Source of the DNA: a virus | Strand: one strand, 5' to 3' | Length of the DNA: 64,000 nt | Virus record (IMG/VR): IMGVR_UViG_2684622848_000004 | Location: 6,232-70,231 of that record | Shown: positions 37,564-46,733 of the stretch, piece after piece | Layout of the letters: each line of letters starts with the position of its first letter | How positions within the stretch are numbered: position 1 is the stretch's first letter | Notes under the pieces: model-generated | The model's database searches: none | Told to the model about the DNA's origin: nothing | Seen by the model: the letters and a program-made list of their open reading frames with translations, nothing else | Made by a program: the position numbers and the translations under genes

Positions 37564-38298
37564 TTACTCAACGTAGTATGATACTTTATTTCTCTCCTCC
37601 GACTGAAGCCACTTCTCCCAGAACTCACCCTTTGGGAGCAGGTTGTAGTGGAGTGCGGCATAGTCCAAGGCCCGTTGAACTGCGACTATGATCGAGCGCT
37701 TGCCCTTTCCGCTCTTCCGCTCCCAGACCCATTCATCACACCACACCACACGCTCAAGCAGATCAAAATACTCCTTGGGCATTGCTTTGGTGAGTTTGCT
37801 GATCGACTCCATTGCCTCAAGCTTAGTTCCTGCCAGAAATTTCGGGCCTTGTGATCCGGTAGGCTCACTCATCCAGTCTGGAGAGCGCAGGCCGGAGATC
37901 TCTGCCTTGCTCATATCCTGCCGGAAGCGAAACCCAGCATCGGCCCTGTCATTGGCGATATTCTCGTGCATTGTCGGATCATGTAGCTTGTCGTTGAAGA
38001 CCAGCCATTCAAAGGGTGCAGAATTAGCATCCAGAACAAGTATGTTATTCCTGCTGATGCGTAAATCGCGCTTCTTACCGTTCCGGCCCACATCCTTGTT
38101 TGTGAGGCTTCGTGCAGCGGGCTTGGTGTGCCAGTTCTCAAAATCAAACTCTCGGGCCATAGCTGCATAAAACCGGTAGCGCTTGCCTTCCAATTTGTCA
38201 GACCGGCGATAGAAGCCAGCAAGCGGGATAACAACAGGAGCACCGGGACGACGTGATATCGGTTGAGCTGCTGCCAGAGCTTTCAAAATCGCATTCAT
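37564..38298 (-). CDS. Putative late-gene regulator (DUF6456-like)
   Basis: Last gene of early-right operon (Q position); AG.RFR.D..A...GL...W..G pattern. Confidence 0.55.
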   Translation of the reverse strand: MNAILKALAAAQPISRRPGAPVVIPLAGFYRRSDKLEGKRYRFYAAMAREFDFENWHTKPAARSLTNKDVGRNGKKRDLRISRNNILVLDANSAPFEWLVFNDKLHDPTMHENIANDRADAGFRFRQDMSKAEISGLRSPDWMSEPTGSQGPKFLAGTKLEAMESISKLTKAMPKEYFDLLERVVWCDEWVWERKSGKGKRSIIVAVQRALDYAALHYNLLPKGEFWEKWLQSEERNKVSYYVE

Positions 38299-38567
38299 CC
38301 ATGTCTCTCCTTGCTCATAAATCCAAAGTATGCTTCTTCCGCTTTCTCAATCGCCTCAAGAGCCGTCGGTGCGTAACCTTGCTCTATAAATCTCCGTTCA
38401 TTTGCAACCCAATGCCAGGTCTCTTCACCACCTCCACCTGAAACAAACTCACGGTAAACTCTGAGCTGGCACTTTGGGTTGTGCGGGTCATTCCCTGTGC
38501 CCTTTTGCCGCTCATCTGGCCAACTGCGTTTCCACACCAGTGCAGGTCTAAATGGGTTGTTTGGCAT
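38295..38567 (-). CDS. Hypothetical protein
   Basis: ATGA-coupled to downstream gene. Confidence 0.65.
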   Translation of the reverse strand: MPNNPFRPALVWKRSWPDERQKGTGNDPHNPKCQLRVYREFVSGGGGEETWHWVANERRFIEQGYAPTALEAIEKAEEAYFGFMSKERHG

Positions 38568-38692
38568 GGTAGAGCTGCTTGTTCCCTAGTTGAAGGTGTG
38601 AATGCCCACAGCCGACATCAAAATGTGTCAAAGTGGTGTAGTGATTGCACCAGATAAGGGAGAGACGTGCGCCCAGAGCATGTTGTCAGAAA

Positions 38693-38884
38693 TTACTGTG
38701 TTGCCTTACAAGTTTCTGTAAGTATTTTATATAATGATTTACTCATAGCTGGATTTGAAAGTCCTATCAAAGCTGCTTTATTAGTTTCCCAACATGATTC
38801 ATAATTTGTCGGCTTAAAGTAATAGGCCGATGCAAGCAAAGCTGTACCAGTTATGAAGGAAACTGAGACTGTTAGATTTTCCAT
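38693..38884 (-). CDS. Small single-TM protein, AT-rich
   Basis: AAGGTG RBS; one hydrophobic helix and two Cys. Confidence 0.5.
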   Translation of the reverse strand: MENLTVSVSFITGTALLASAYYFKPTNYESCWETNKAALIGLSNPAMSKSLYKILTETCKATQ

Positions 38885-38958
38885 GTTTTCACCTTAGCTG
38901 GGTTTCTGTTCAAAATTCCACTCACATGTCTAGCAAGACAGCCTTATGCCGCGGCAAT

Positions 38959-39273
38959 TTATCGGCTGCGTTTCCTCTGATCACTACACAACGGCTCAAT
39001 CGACCATTCGAAATTCCGCAGCCTGCCGCCACATCGGAACTGTTTTGCATCTGCATCATAGTGGATCTGTCTCAGTTTTGTGAGCTCGTCCTGACGGGCT
39101 ACATCCCCCAATCCTGCACGATCCTTCCATGGAGATCTGGCAATGATCCCGGCAACCTGTTTCTTTGTTTTCAAGCCTGCTACACGAGCGGTGATCGCCT
39201 CCGTATGGCCCTTCAGCCACATGGCGTAAACGATAAACAAGGTTGCATCTGAGTGTTTGCTTTTCCGCGGCAT
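38959..39273 (-). CDS. HTH protein (GcrA-like N-terminus)
   Basis: MWLKGHT..I.A..GL.T..V.GII.R pattern. Confidence 0.55.
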   Translation of the reverse strand: MPRKSKHSDATLFIVYAMWLKGHTEAITARVAGLKTKKQVAGIIARSPWKDRAGLGDVARQDELTKLRQIHYDADAKQFRCGGRLRNFEWSIEPLCSDQRKRSR

Positions 39274-39275
39274 TG

Positions 39276-40658
39276 CTATACCTCATAGATGCGGCCAGCG
39301 CGGCCATCAAAGATACCATCACGCACAATCAGATCACCTTTCCGTCGTTTAAGACCATGAAATTCGATCTTACCTTTGTGATCTTTCATCTCTTTCAGCC
39401 ATTTACTGAACTCGTGGTGTTCTTCAGGGTCCACTCCCGCTGGAATATGAGGCTTGTTCTTTTTGAGCCAAGTTTCTGGCCTCGCCAAACCTAATACCCA
39501 GTCTGCGTCCTGTTCAATTGAGGAGCCGCCATCAAAGTCATCGAGCCTCGGTGCCCACCCATCTCTGCGTTGGGATGTTCTCGTTCTTTGAGAAAGTGCG
39601 ACAACAGCAATACCAAGTGTTTTTGCCAATACTTTCATTTCCCCGGTAATCCACTCAACGCGGTCGAATTTGTTTGAGAAGCGCTTTGTTGCCCGAAGGA
39701 GACGAAGGTGATCGACGACAACAAGGCCCAAGTTTTGAGACCTTTTAAGTTGGATACACCTATCCCTAAACTGTTCGAAGGTTAAACCTGGCCTGTCATC
39801 GATGTAGACACGTTCTTCAGATAATAGCTCTTGCTCTCTTTGAAGGGCCTGAATTGAGAACATATCATAAGTGCCCTCTTCAATTTGGGAGACGGACAGG
39901 TCTGTTCCCCCAGCAAGTTCTCTTCGGGCCATATCTTCCGCTTCCATTTCCAACTGGAAGAATGCAACTGGCCTAGTTATTTGCGCTGCCCTACATAATT
40001 GAAGGCCAACGACAGTCTTACCATCACCTTGAGCTGCACCGATAAACCCAAGGTCTCCGGGCAAAATACGTCCCATAACTTCATTCAGGGTTGGTAACCC
40101 CCATTCCATACCAACCACTTCACCTGTTTCGTGTGCTCTCATAGAATTTGCTAGTGCCCGTTTAGCACTATCACCCAGTGTTTTTACAGGTTGGCCCTGC
40201 GATTGAAGGCCAATCTCTTGGAAGCGCTCATTAATTTCTGAGAGGAAAAGTTGTGGAGGCTTATCCTTCTTACCCAGCTCTTTGACAATCCATTTCTGTG
40301 CATTTGCAATTTGGCGACGAGCCCAATCATCGACAAGGTCTTCTAAAAAATCAAAGGGGCTTAAAATCTCATCTCTTTCCGCATCTCTAATAATCGCTGT
40401 AAGCAGGTGAACTGTACTTTTCCCGTCTTCATACTCTTCTCCAATTCTCGCAACTAACTGTTGAAGAGAGGGTTTTCGACCGGTTGAGCATATCTCTAGG
40501 AGAGCCCTGAATATTTTGGAGTGTATCTCTCTAAAGAAATGTTCAGGTTTAAGGACTTCAGCCACATCAAATAAAACAGAGCTGTCTTTTAGCAAGGAGC
40601 CAATCACAATACGCTCTGCTGTTGGGTTATGCGGCGGGGTGTCTTTGTTCGAATGCAC
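39276..40658 (-). CDS. dnaB: Replicative DNA helicase
   Basis: AE..VIGSLL N-domain, GDGKT Walker A, FQLEM, YIDDRP, VVDHL, ALSQ, GSSIEQDAD. Confidence 0.95.
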   Translation of the reverse strand: MHSNKDTPPHNPTAERIVIGSLLKDSSVLFDVAEVLKPEHFFREIHSKIFRALLEICSTGRKPSLQQLVARIGEEYEDGKSTVHLLTAIIRDAERDEILSPFDFLEDLVDDWARRQIANAQKWIVKELGKKDKPPQLFLSEINERFQEIGLQSQGQPVKTLGDSAKRALANSMRAHETGEVVGMEWGLPTLNEVMGRILPGDLGFIGAAQGDGKTVVGLQLCRAAQITRPVAFFQLEMEAEDMARRELAGGTDLSVSQIEEGTYDMFSIQALQREQELLSEERVYIDDRPGLTFEQFRDRCIQLKRSQNLGLVVVDHLRLLRATKRFSNKFDRVEWITGEMKVLAKTLGIAVVALSQRTRTSQRRDGWAPRLDDFDGGSSIEQDADWVLGLARPETWLKKNKPHIPAGVDPEEHHEFSKWLKEMKDHKGKIEFHGLKRRKGDLIVRDGIFDGRAGRIYEV

Positions 40659-41814
40659 TATATGTTTCCCAAAGGTCTAAGTTGTCACATTTGTAGATGC
40701 AGGGCTCATTGATCACGACATGGACGCCGACTTGCCGCAGATTGGCAGCGCATTGTTCGGCAGCTTTCGTTCCAGGCGGCTCCCCAACCTTCTCACCCTC
40801 TGAGATTGCGTTATCGCTATCAGGGAAAATATCGGAGCGCTCAACAAACCCGGGCGCTTCGAACGTCACCATGCCGCTGGTGCTCATAGTGGCCCACATG
40901 GGATAACGGAAGTCATGAAGCGCCCAATTTCCAAGCGCAGTTTCGCCACCCTCCAACAGACCTATGCGCGAGGCATCGCCCCCTATTCTGCAGGCCGCGC
41001 CGGAGGACGCAGCGAACATAACCTTGGCATTCGGAATGGTGTCATTCGTCTGCGTGATCTTCACACCCATGGCAGCATCCAAAAAAATGCGTTGCAGAGA
41101 AACGATGTCTCCAAATGGGTCCTGAAGGAAAAACACCAGAGCCGGAAAAGACGGCCCCTTCTTGATCAGTTTTTCGTCGCGGTACTGACGCAGGTTTTCC
41201 ATCTCAAGGCCTGGATGAAACCCAATGTGTTCGCGCAGGTCAGTCGGCCATGCGGATACGGGAGGTAGTCTGCGTTGCCCCTGTCCTGCGCCACACAGAT
41301 ACTGTTCAGCAGCAGTGTCCAAGATTGGCCGGCACTGCTTTGCTATCTCCGCAGCTGTAACGGCCTTGCGCTGTGCGCGCTCCAAAACCGCCTGCTCTCG
41401 TTCCTGTCTCGTGCGCTCCCTGGCTTCCCGGTCTTTGGCTTGGCGGGCCTCTCGCTCTTTACGATCTTCTTCAGTTTCTTGCCTGTCGTCGATCCCAAGC
41501 CAACCACGCGCCCATTTAAAAGCTTCTCGGTATCCTTCAGCCGATTTGGGCTCATATCCCAACGCATAGGCCACAAGCTCAACAGAGCCACCTCCAATCT
41601 GCTGAGAAAAGCGATACCATTGGCCTTGCCTGTCTCCATCCAGATTGACTGTAAAGGAAGAGCTGATGCGCTTCCCCTTCTTAGCTGGTGTCATCAGGCC
41701 TTTGTGTTTATTGGAGGGGTCGGTGATCCAGCCCCCGTAAAAGTAGTCGCAAATCTGAGCGATACGGCTATTAAGAAGCTCGCGGATCTCGGTCGCAACA
41801 TCGTTTTGTCTCAA
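40627..41814 (-). CDS. P4-like primase (Zn-finger remnant + DUF7146/TOPRIM)
   Basis: G.W.RFS...GG..V.L; FPALV; LQRIFL; EGGETAL; IFPDSD TOPRIM. Confidence 0.85.
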   Translation of the reverse strand: MRQNDVATEIRELLNSRIAQICDYFYGGWITDPSNKHKGLMTPAKKGKRISSSFTVNLDGDRQGQWYRFSQQIGGGSVELVAYALGYEPKSAEGYREAFKWARGWLGIDDRQETEEDRKEREARQAKDREARERTRQEREQAVLERAQRKAVTAAEIAKQCRPILDTAAEQYLCGAGQGQRRLPPVSAWPTDLREHIGFHPGLEMENLRQYRDEKLIKKGPSFPALVFFLQDPFGDIVSLQRIFLDAAMGVKITQTNDTIPNAKVMFAASSGAACRIGGDASRIGLLEGGETALGNWALHDFRYPMWATMSTSGMVTFEAPGFVERSDIFPDSDNAISEGEKVGEPPGTKAAEQCAANLRQVGVHVVINEPCIYKCDNLDLWETYSAFEQRHPAA

Positions 41815-42047
41815 TGTTTCCGCCTCCCCTTATCTTCGTCCACGCGCCGGATCTCGTAGTTCCTTAGATGGTACTCAGCTGCGTAGAGCATTCGAAGAAA
41901 CTGGGCGACCCCCTCTCCTTCAAAGTGCATTTGGAATTCACGAACCGGTGCACCGTTCCGGTCTTTTGCCCTGCACTGCAATTCACCCAAAAAGATCTGG
42001 ATGTCATGCAACGGAATCTGAGAGGCACGCTGTTTAGGTTGAGCCAA
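41811..42047 (-). CDS. Hypothetical protein
   Basis: Coupled ORF between methylase and primase. Confidence 0.6.
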   Translation of the reverse strand: MAQPKQRASQIPLHDIQIFLGELQCRAKDRNGAPVREFQMHFEGEGVAQFLRMLYAAEYHLRNYEIRRVDEDKGRRKH

Positions 42048-43622
42048 TCACGCTGCCTCCGCTCTAACAATCATCTCCGGGCAGTTGGCCTGCGACAGAG
42101 CTTTGGCCCATGGAGGGGGAACACCGTTCCCGCACTTGGCAACCTGCTCCTCTTTCGAAAAAGGTTTGCCGTTATGCTCAAAGTCGATGATATGGCCCTC
42201 TGGGTAGCCGTTGGCCCTGTAAAGCTCCCGGCTCGTGAGCATTCGCATTCCAATATCGGTGATGACATATGGCTCACCGCTGATCTCGACACTCACTAAA
42301 CCAAAGCGGTCTTTGGTTGTTGTCGTTCCAATAGGCCTTGAAAGCTTCTGCCCTACGCTAGTGCCATAATAGGCCGTCAGGAAAGAGCGCACCTCCGCAA
42401 TATGGTTGCCGCCTGCTGTGTTGGTAGGCATGGGCTGGTCAACAGATCTTCCGTGCTTGCAGCTTCCTCGCATCATCGTGAGGTGACTGGTAACAAGCCC
42501 GTACCGGCGAGCAGTGGTCAGAGTATGGAGTGGACTGTCTGGGAGATGACCGCGTATCTCCCCATCACGCTTCTGGCCATAATATTTGTGCAAAAAAGCA
42601 GCCACCAAAGCAGAACCACCACCGCCACCAGCAGTTACAGTCCCAAGAGGGTCTGTGATATCAGCACATTTGGAGTTACCGTACTGCCGGTCAACACAAG
42701 GAATCACAAGTGCCCTGCACCCACCTTTTTCTGTTTTGATGGTCGTCATGGGTCTTCTCAAAGGTTCCAATCTGCCACCATGACTCATGTTGAGAATGAA
42801 AGGTTCCTGAGCATCGATGACAAACTTCTGTATGCCCGCCGCAATGCGCTTCATTGTCTTTGGAACCAGAGGCTTCTTCCGGTTGAAGATCGATTTACAG
42901 GGAATGGACCAGTCAATACATTCTGCTGCTGTGCGCCAAGGTCTCAGGCCAGATCCAACAAACTCTGCTTTGTTTGGGTCTCCATGTGTTGGCGCAGGCC
43001 AAACAATCGGCTTTCCATCCCTTCTTGCAATGATAAACAAGCGTTTTCGGATAGTCGGCGCCCCATAGTCACTCGCTCTTAGAACTCTGACTTCGAGCTT
43101 GTATCCGAGCTTACGCAGAGCTTCACACCACTGTTCAAACGTCTCACCTGCCCGAGACTTTATTTGATTTCCTTCATCATCCAGCGGCCCCCAGCCTTTG
43201 AACTCAACCACATTTTCAACCATGATGACCCGAGGGCGTTTAGCCTTGAGTTTCTGGCAGAAGTGTACAATTGACCAGGCCAGCATACGCACTTCCGGCG
43301 AGAGAATACGCTTGCCCCCAGCACGCGAAAAGTGCCTGCAATCAGGTGAGGCCCATAGCAAACCAACTGGGCGACCGTTGGTATGGGTCTTAAGGTCGAC
43401 GTCCCAGACGCTTTCTGTCAGATGGATCGTGTCTGGATGGTTCTGCGCATGCATCGCCAGCGCTTTGTCACAATGATTGATCGCAATATCGGGAGAGCGG
43501 CCAAGTGCTTGCTCGATGCCTGTAGAGGCACCACCACCACCCGCAAAAGCGTCAATGATCAGCTCTTCGTGCGGATATACTGGCGACTGAAAACTTTCAA
43601 ACTGAAACAGATCTTGCATCAC
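42048..43622 (-). CDS. C5-cytosine DNA methyltransferase
   Basis: FAGGGG motif I, SPDCRHFS motif IV, ENV motif VI, RKRLF, GNGV. Confidence 0.95.
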   Translation of the reverse strand: MMQDLFQFESFQSPVYPHEELIIDAFAGGGGASTGIEQALGRSPDIAINHCDKALAMHAQNHPDTIHLTESVWDVDLKTHTNGRPVGLLWASPDCRHFSRAGGKRILSPEVRMLAWSIVHFCQKLKAKRPRVIMVENVVEFKGWGPLDDEGNQIKSRAGETFEQWCEALRKLGYKLEVRVLRASDYGAPTIRKRLFIIARRDGKPIVWPAPTHGDPNKAEFVGSGLRPWRTAAECIDWSIPCKSIFNRKKPLVPKTMKRIAAGIQKFVIDAQEPFILNMSHGGRLEPLRRPMTTIKTEKGGCRALVIPCVDRQYGNSKCADITDPLGTVTAGGGGGSALVAAFLHKYYGQKRDGEIRGHLPDSPLHTLTTARRYGLVTSHLTMMRGSCKHGRSVDQPMPTNTAGGNHIAEVRSFLTAYYGTSVGQKLSRPIGTTTTKDRFGLVSVEISGEPYVITDIGMRMLTSRELYRANGYPEGHIIDFEHNGKPFSKEEQVAKCGNGVPPPWAKALSQANCPEMIVRAEAA

Positions 43623-44263
43623 ACCGCCTTTTTCTGCGCGAACAGATCTTGAGGTGAATTTTCCAAGTGAAGGTGAAAGGCGATCAGGAGACCTTCAGCT
43701 GCATCGCCACTCTTTTGTGGGTAGCCCAGCTCGGAGCACAGCTCCTTAGCGCGATTTTTGTACCAAGTGGTCGGTGTGGTTTTTGAACTCTTTGGTGGTT
43801 TGCCGACCCCTGTTGTACTGCGCCAACTTTGAGATGGAACGTAGACTACTGGAACATTGCGCTGCACCGCCAGCTTGACTGACAGCATCACTAAACCATT
43901 CAAAAAGTGAACTACGTCGAAAGACGTTCCACCAACCGTGATTTCCTTGACCTTCTGAAACTCCATGCGATTGTCGCCAAGCGAATTCTGATCGTCTTCT
44001 TTGACTTTCTTCGTACGCGTAGGGTTGCCAGGTAAGGGTTGTTCAACACCAATTGAGTCAGGCTTGAGCTTGACCAGAAGCGCGTCTAAATTTTGACAAT
44101 ACCAATGCCCAACACGGCCAGAGTAAGCAGCATCAATCTTGCCGCGAACCAGCCCAAAGGGTGGCTTGATGGGACACCTGAGGGTGCCCGCATCAACTTC
44201 ATCGGGTGAGTACAATCCCCACCCAGTACAGGATTTGGAAACATCTAACCCAAGGAAGCGCAT
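43619..44263 (-). CDS. RuvC-like Holliday junction resolvase
   Basis: FLGLDVS..TGW, IGVEQP, D.AEG..IA. Confidence 0.75.
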   Translation of the reverse strand: MRFLGLDVSKSCTGWGLYSPDEVDAGTLRCPIKPPFGLVRGKIDAAYSGRVGHWYCQNLDALLVKLKPDSIGVEQPLPGNPTRTKKVKEDDQNSLGDNRMEFQKVKEITVGGTSFDVVHFLNGLVMLSVKLAVQRNVPVVYVPSQSWRSTTGVGKPPKSSKTTPTTWYKNRAKELCSELGYPQKSGDAAEGLLIAFHLHLENSPQDLFAQKKAV

Positions 44264-44844
44264 CAGTCCTCCTCGGTCTGAGCAGCAAGAGCAGCATCCA
44301 TTGGATCTGGATCACCACTATCTGGATCGCCTTTCACGAGTTCCGGGGCCGCATCCGGGCCTTTCTTCGGCTCCATGGAAAGAACAACACGTCGCTCTTC
44401 CGCGCCTTTATTCCAGCCTTCCATCCATTTCTGACCGGCATCTGAGCCCAAATCATGAGGGTTTTCATTTTGATTTTCACCAAGACGGCCTGCGGAAAGA
44501 CCACTTACATAAGCGCGTTCATCAACTGGCGCTAAAGTGGTGTCGGTAAAATTGAACAGCTCAAGCTGGTCTTTGGTAAGCTCAATACCGCACAGCCGCA
44601 GATACCGGACAGTTTCGCAGACCTCTTCAACCCAGTCCTTCGTTTTATCATCGCCCTTCTTCAGTAAGGAGAGTGCTTTTTTTGCAGCCTGCAGGTTCAG
44701 TCCGGCAGCCTCCGCTTTCGAGTATTCAGCGCGCATCTCTCCTTGCGAGCTGGCTGCTGTGTCCGCGACCTTGCGCAGCTTGGAGAGCGTTGTAGTAACA
44801 ACCGCATCTTGTGGGGGTTCATTCACTAAGGTGGTGTCAGACAT
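44263..44844 (-). CDS. GapR-like protein with RMF-like C-terminal motif
   Basis: EMRAEYSKAEAAGLN..A.K..L.L.K helical core; AY..G..AG..G....NPH......W..GW..G tail. Confidence 0.6.
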   Translation of the reverse strand: MSDTTLVNEPPQDAVVTTTLSKLRKVADTAASSQGEMRAEYSKAEAAGLNLQAAKKALSLLKKGDDKTKDWVEEVCETVRYLRLCGIELTKDQLELFNFTDTTLAPVDERAYVSGLSAGRLGENQNENPHDLGSDAGQKWMEGWNKGAEERRVVLSMEPKKGPDAAPELVKGDPDSGDPDPMDAALAAQTEED

Positions 44845-44906
44845 GCTTGTCCTCTTTGGGTTCGGGGGCAAAATTCCAAATCAGGTATTCTTGAGCAGGC
44901 AGCAGA

Positions 44907-45482
44907 TCAGGCAGCGAACTTGTGAACTTCGTCGCCCCAGGCAGTCCAGCCGGGTCGCACCTGTCTGGAGAACAGATCCAGACGGTTAAAGGCATCTGGG
45001 CATAGGCGTTCAGCTGTTGCGTAAGCTTCTTCAGGTTTCCGCGAATGGTCTCTGCGCAGGCCCTCAACGACAGAGCGGACATTGTTTGCAAACCTGGGCT
45101 TACCAATCTTTCCTATGAGAAAAGGCTCCCCTGCAGAGCGCAGGCAGTATCCGGTACCAAACCCCAAAGTGCGCCGTTCCAACCTCTTGTTGTAAGTGTA
45201 CTTCACCCAATGACCGGCAGTTACGAACTTGAATCCCCAGGCATCCATCAGTTGGAACGCCTGCGGCAGCATCGGGTTTGTCGCCCATAACCACAGGCAA
45301 CAATCCTTTTGAGAAAAGTTGCTGAGCGGCAAGGTCATGATGTCCTCAACCTTCAAGCACGTGTACTTGCTGGAGGCATTCTTGTGCTCGCCCTTCTTTG
45401 ACCAATTCTCATACTTCCACGGGGGATCAGCCATGATCAGGTCATAGGAAAGCGGAACCAGTCCGCTCACATCCCAGATCAA
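44907..45482 (-). CDS. MT-A70-family N6-adenine methyltransferase
   Basis: ADPPW, LWLWAT.PML, WGF, HSRKPEE, LFSR..R.GW..WGDE. Confidence 0.93.
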   Translation of the reverse strand: MIWDVSGLVPLSYDLIMADPPWKYENWSKKGEHKNASSKYTCLKVEDIMTLPLSNFSQKDCCLWLWATNPMLPQAFQLMDAWGFKFVTAGHWVKYTYNKRLERRTLGFGTGYCLRSAGEPFLIGKIGKPRFANNVRSVVEGLRRDHSRKPEEAYATAERLCPDAFNRLDLFSRQVRPGWTAWGDEVHKFAA

Positions 45483-45739
45483 TTCGCACCCCGGCTCGCG
45501 CCACGGCTATTTGGATGAAACGAGAGGTAGACCTGTTCCAGTGTGTACTCAGACATTTCAGCGATAAGCCAGTAAAAATCTGGATTTGGTTTGGTTTTTT
45601 GTGACCGCCAGTTTGCAATCGTAGATCCACTCACTTGAGTACCAAAGCGCTCTTTTATTTTCCCGATAATCTTCCGTGGAGGGCCTGCCCTCTCCCAAAT
45701 CCGCTCTACCGATGGGAGCTCACAAGGAGTATCATTCAT
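45479..45739 (-). CDS. Cro-like HTH regulator
   Basis: 86 aa from ATG 45739; VSGSTIANWRSQKTKPNP recognition helix; divergent from cI. Confidence 0.8.
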   Translation of the reverse strand: MNDTPCELPSVERIWERAGPPRKIIGKIKERFGTQVSGSTIANWRSQKTKPNPDFYWLIAEMSEYTLEQVYLSFHPNSRGASRGAN

Positions 45740-45791
45740 GCGAAATACCTCTATTGGTTCAGAAACACCCTCTACAACGGGCCAACCTAAA

Positions 45792-45896
45792 TTGGCGTTT
45801 AAGCCAATATATTTTGACAAAAAGCAAAATGCAAGAGTGAAAAATTCAGCATTTGGCGCCAAAAGCCAAAATATTCCAAATAAATTAATGTATAAT
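45792..45896. promoter_or_regulatory. OR-like switch: PR (minus, TTGCAT-N17-TATATT, 45834-45806), PRM -10 (TATAAT 45891-45896) and three operator-like sites
   Basis: TTGGC-N6-GCCAA 45792-45807, TTGAC-N5-GCAAA 45814-45828, TTGGC-N7-GCCAA 45853-45869. Confidence 0.7.
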
Positions 45897-45902
45897 GCCA
45901 GC

Positions 45903-46316
45903 ATGACTAGAGGTGAAAGAATTATTCAAAAGCGTAAGGAGCTTTCCTGGAGCCGCGTCAAGCTGGCAGACGTGTCTTGCGTTGGCTATGACCGACTGAA
46001 CAAGCTTGAACGCGATATGACAAAGGAACCCCGTGGCGACACTCTCAACAAAATTGCGAGAAGCCTCGGTGTTTCAGTGCACTATTTGGAAACTGGCGAA
46101 GAACGAGATCCAAACTTGGACAGTGAAGAACTTCACTACGCCATTCAGGGCAACTTAGATGGCGGAAACGGAGTACTCGCTAAAAAAGCCTGGGAAGCAG
46201 CCGAGGCTATTGAGGAACGCGTATACGGTAAACAACGCGGAGGTATGGACTTCCTGCTGGAAACCTATGAACGAATACTCAAGCGACTGATAAATGATAA
46301 AGATGAAACAAAGTAA
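45903..46316 (+). CDS. CI-like XRE repressor without S24 peptidase domain
   Basis: HTH RIIQKRKELSWS..KLA..LNKLE..PRGDTL.KIA..LGVS..YL..G; 137 aa. Confidence 0.88.
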   Translation: MTRGERIIQKRKELSWSRVKLADVSCVGYDRLNKLERDMTKEPRGDTLNKIARSLGVSVHYLETGEERDPNLDSEELHYAIQGNLDGGNGVLAKKAWEAAEAIEERVYGKQRGGMDFLLETYERILKRLINDKDETK

Positions 46317-46320
46317 ATCA

Positions 46321-46344
46321 GCCGCCAACTAGGGCGGCTTTTTT
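46321..46344 (+). terminator. Intrinsic terminator after cI
   Basis: GCCGCC-AACTAG-GGCGGC-T6. Confidence 0.8.
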
Positions 46345-46478
46345 CTTGACTACCGTAGAGGTTACCCAACCTCAAGCGCATGCTCTCTGAGCATGAATTA
46401 AGAAAATCTTCACTCAAAACCTCAAAAACCTAATGACACTTTAATAAAGTGGCTTTTGGAATTTCCTTGCGAGGAACA

Positions 46479-46733
46479 ATGTATTTGAAATTAGTATCGG
46501 AAGACCTCGATCTTCAAAAGAAAGACCCTTTACCTATCGAAGATCGTTTTATGCAGCTCGTTGAATGGGCAGAGGATGAGGGTATTGAAGTCCTGCTGTT
46601 CTCATTCATTAAGTCACGCTTTGACAAGATAGACCTGGAAGACCTGTCAGCTCGCGAAAAAGAGATTACCTACGAGCATAATAGAAGAGCCGTTGTCATG
46701 ACACGATATAACCGTTGTCATGGCACGATATAA
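46479..46733 (+). CDS. 84-aa acidic hypothetical protein
   Basis: GAGGA RBS before ATG 46479. Confidence 0.65.
   Translation: MYLKLVSEDLDLQKKDPLPIEDRFMQLVEWAEDEGIEVLLFSFIKSRFDKIDLEDLSAREKEITYEHNRRAVVMTRYNRCHGTI

Noticed and set aside
45738-45902. 55-aa N-terminal extension of cI given by the ORF track
   Set aside because: Covers the PR promoter/operators and overlaps the cro start; HTH begins at ATG 45903
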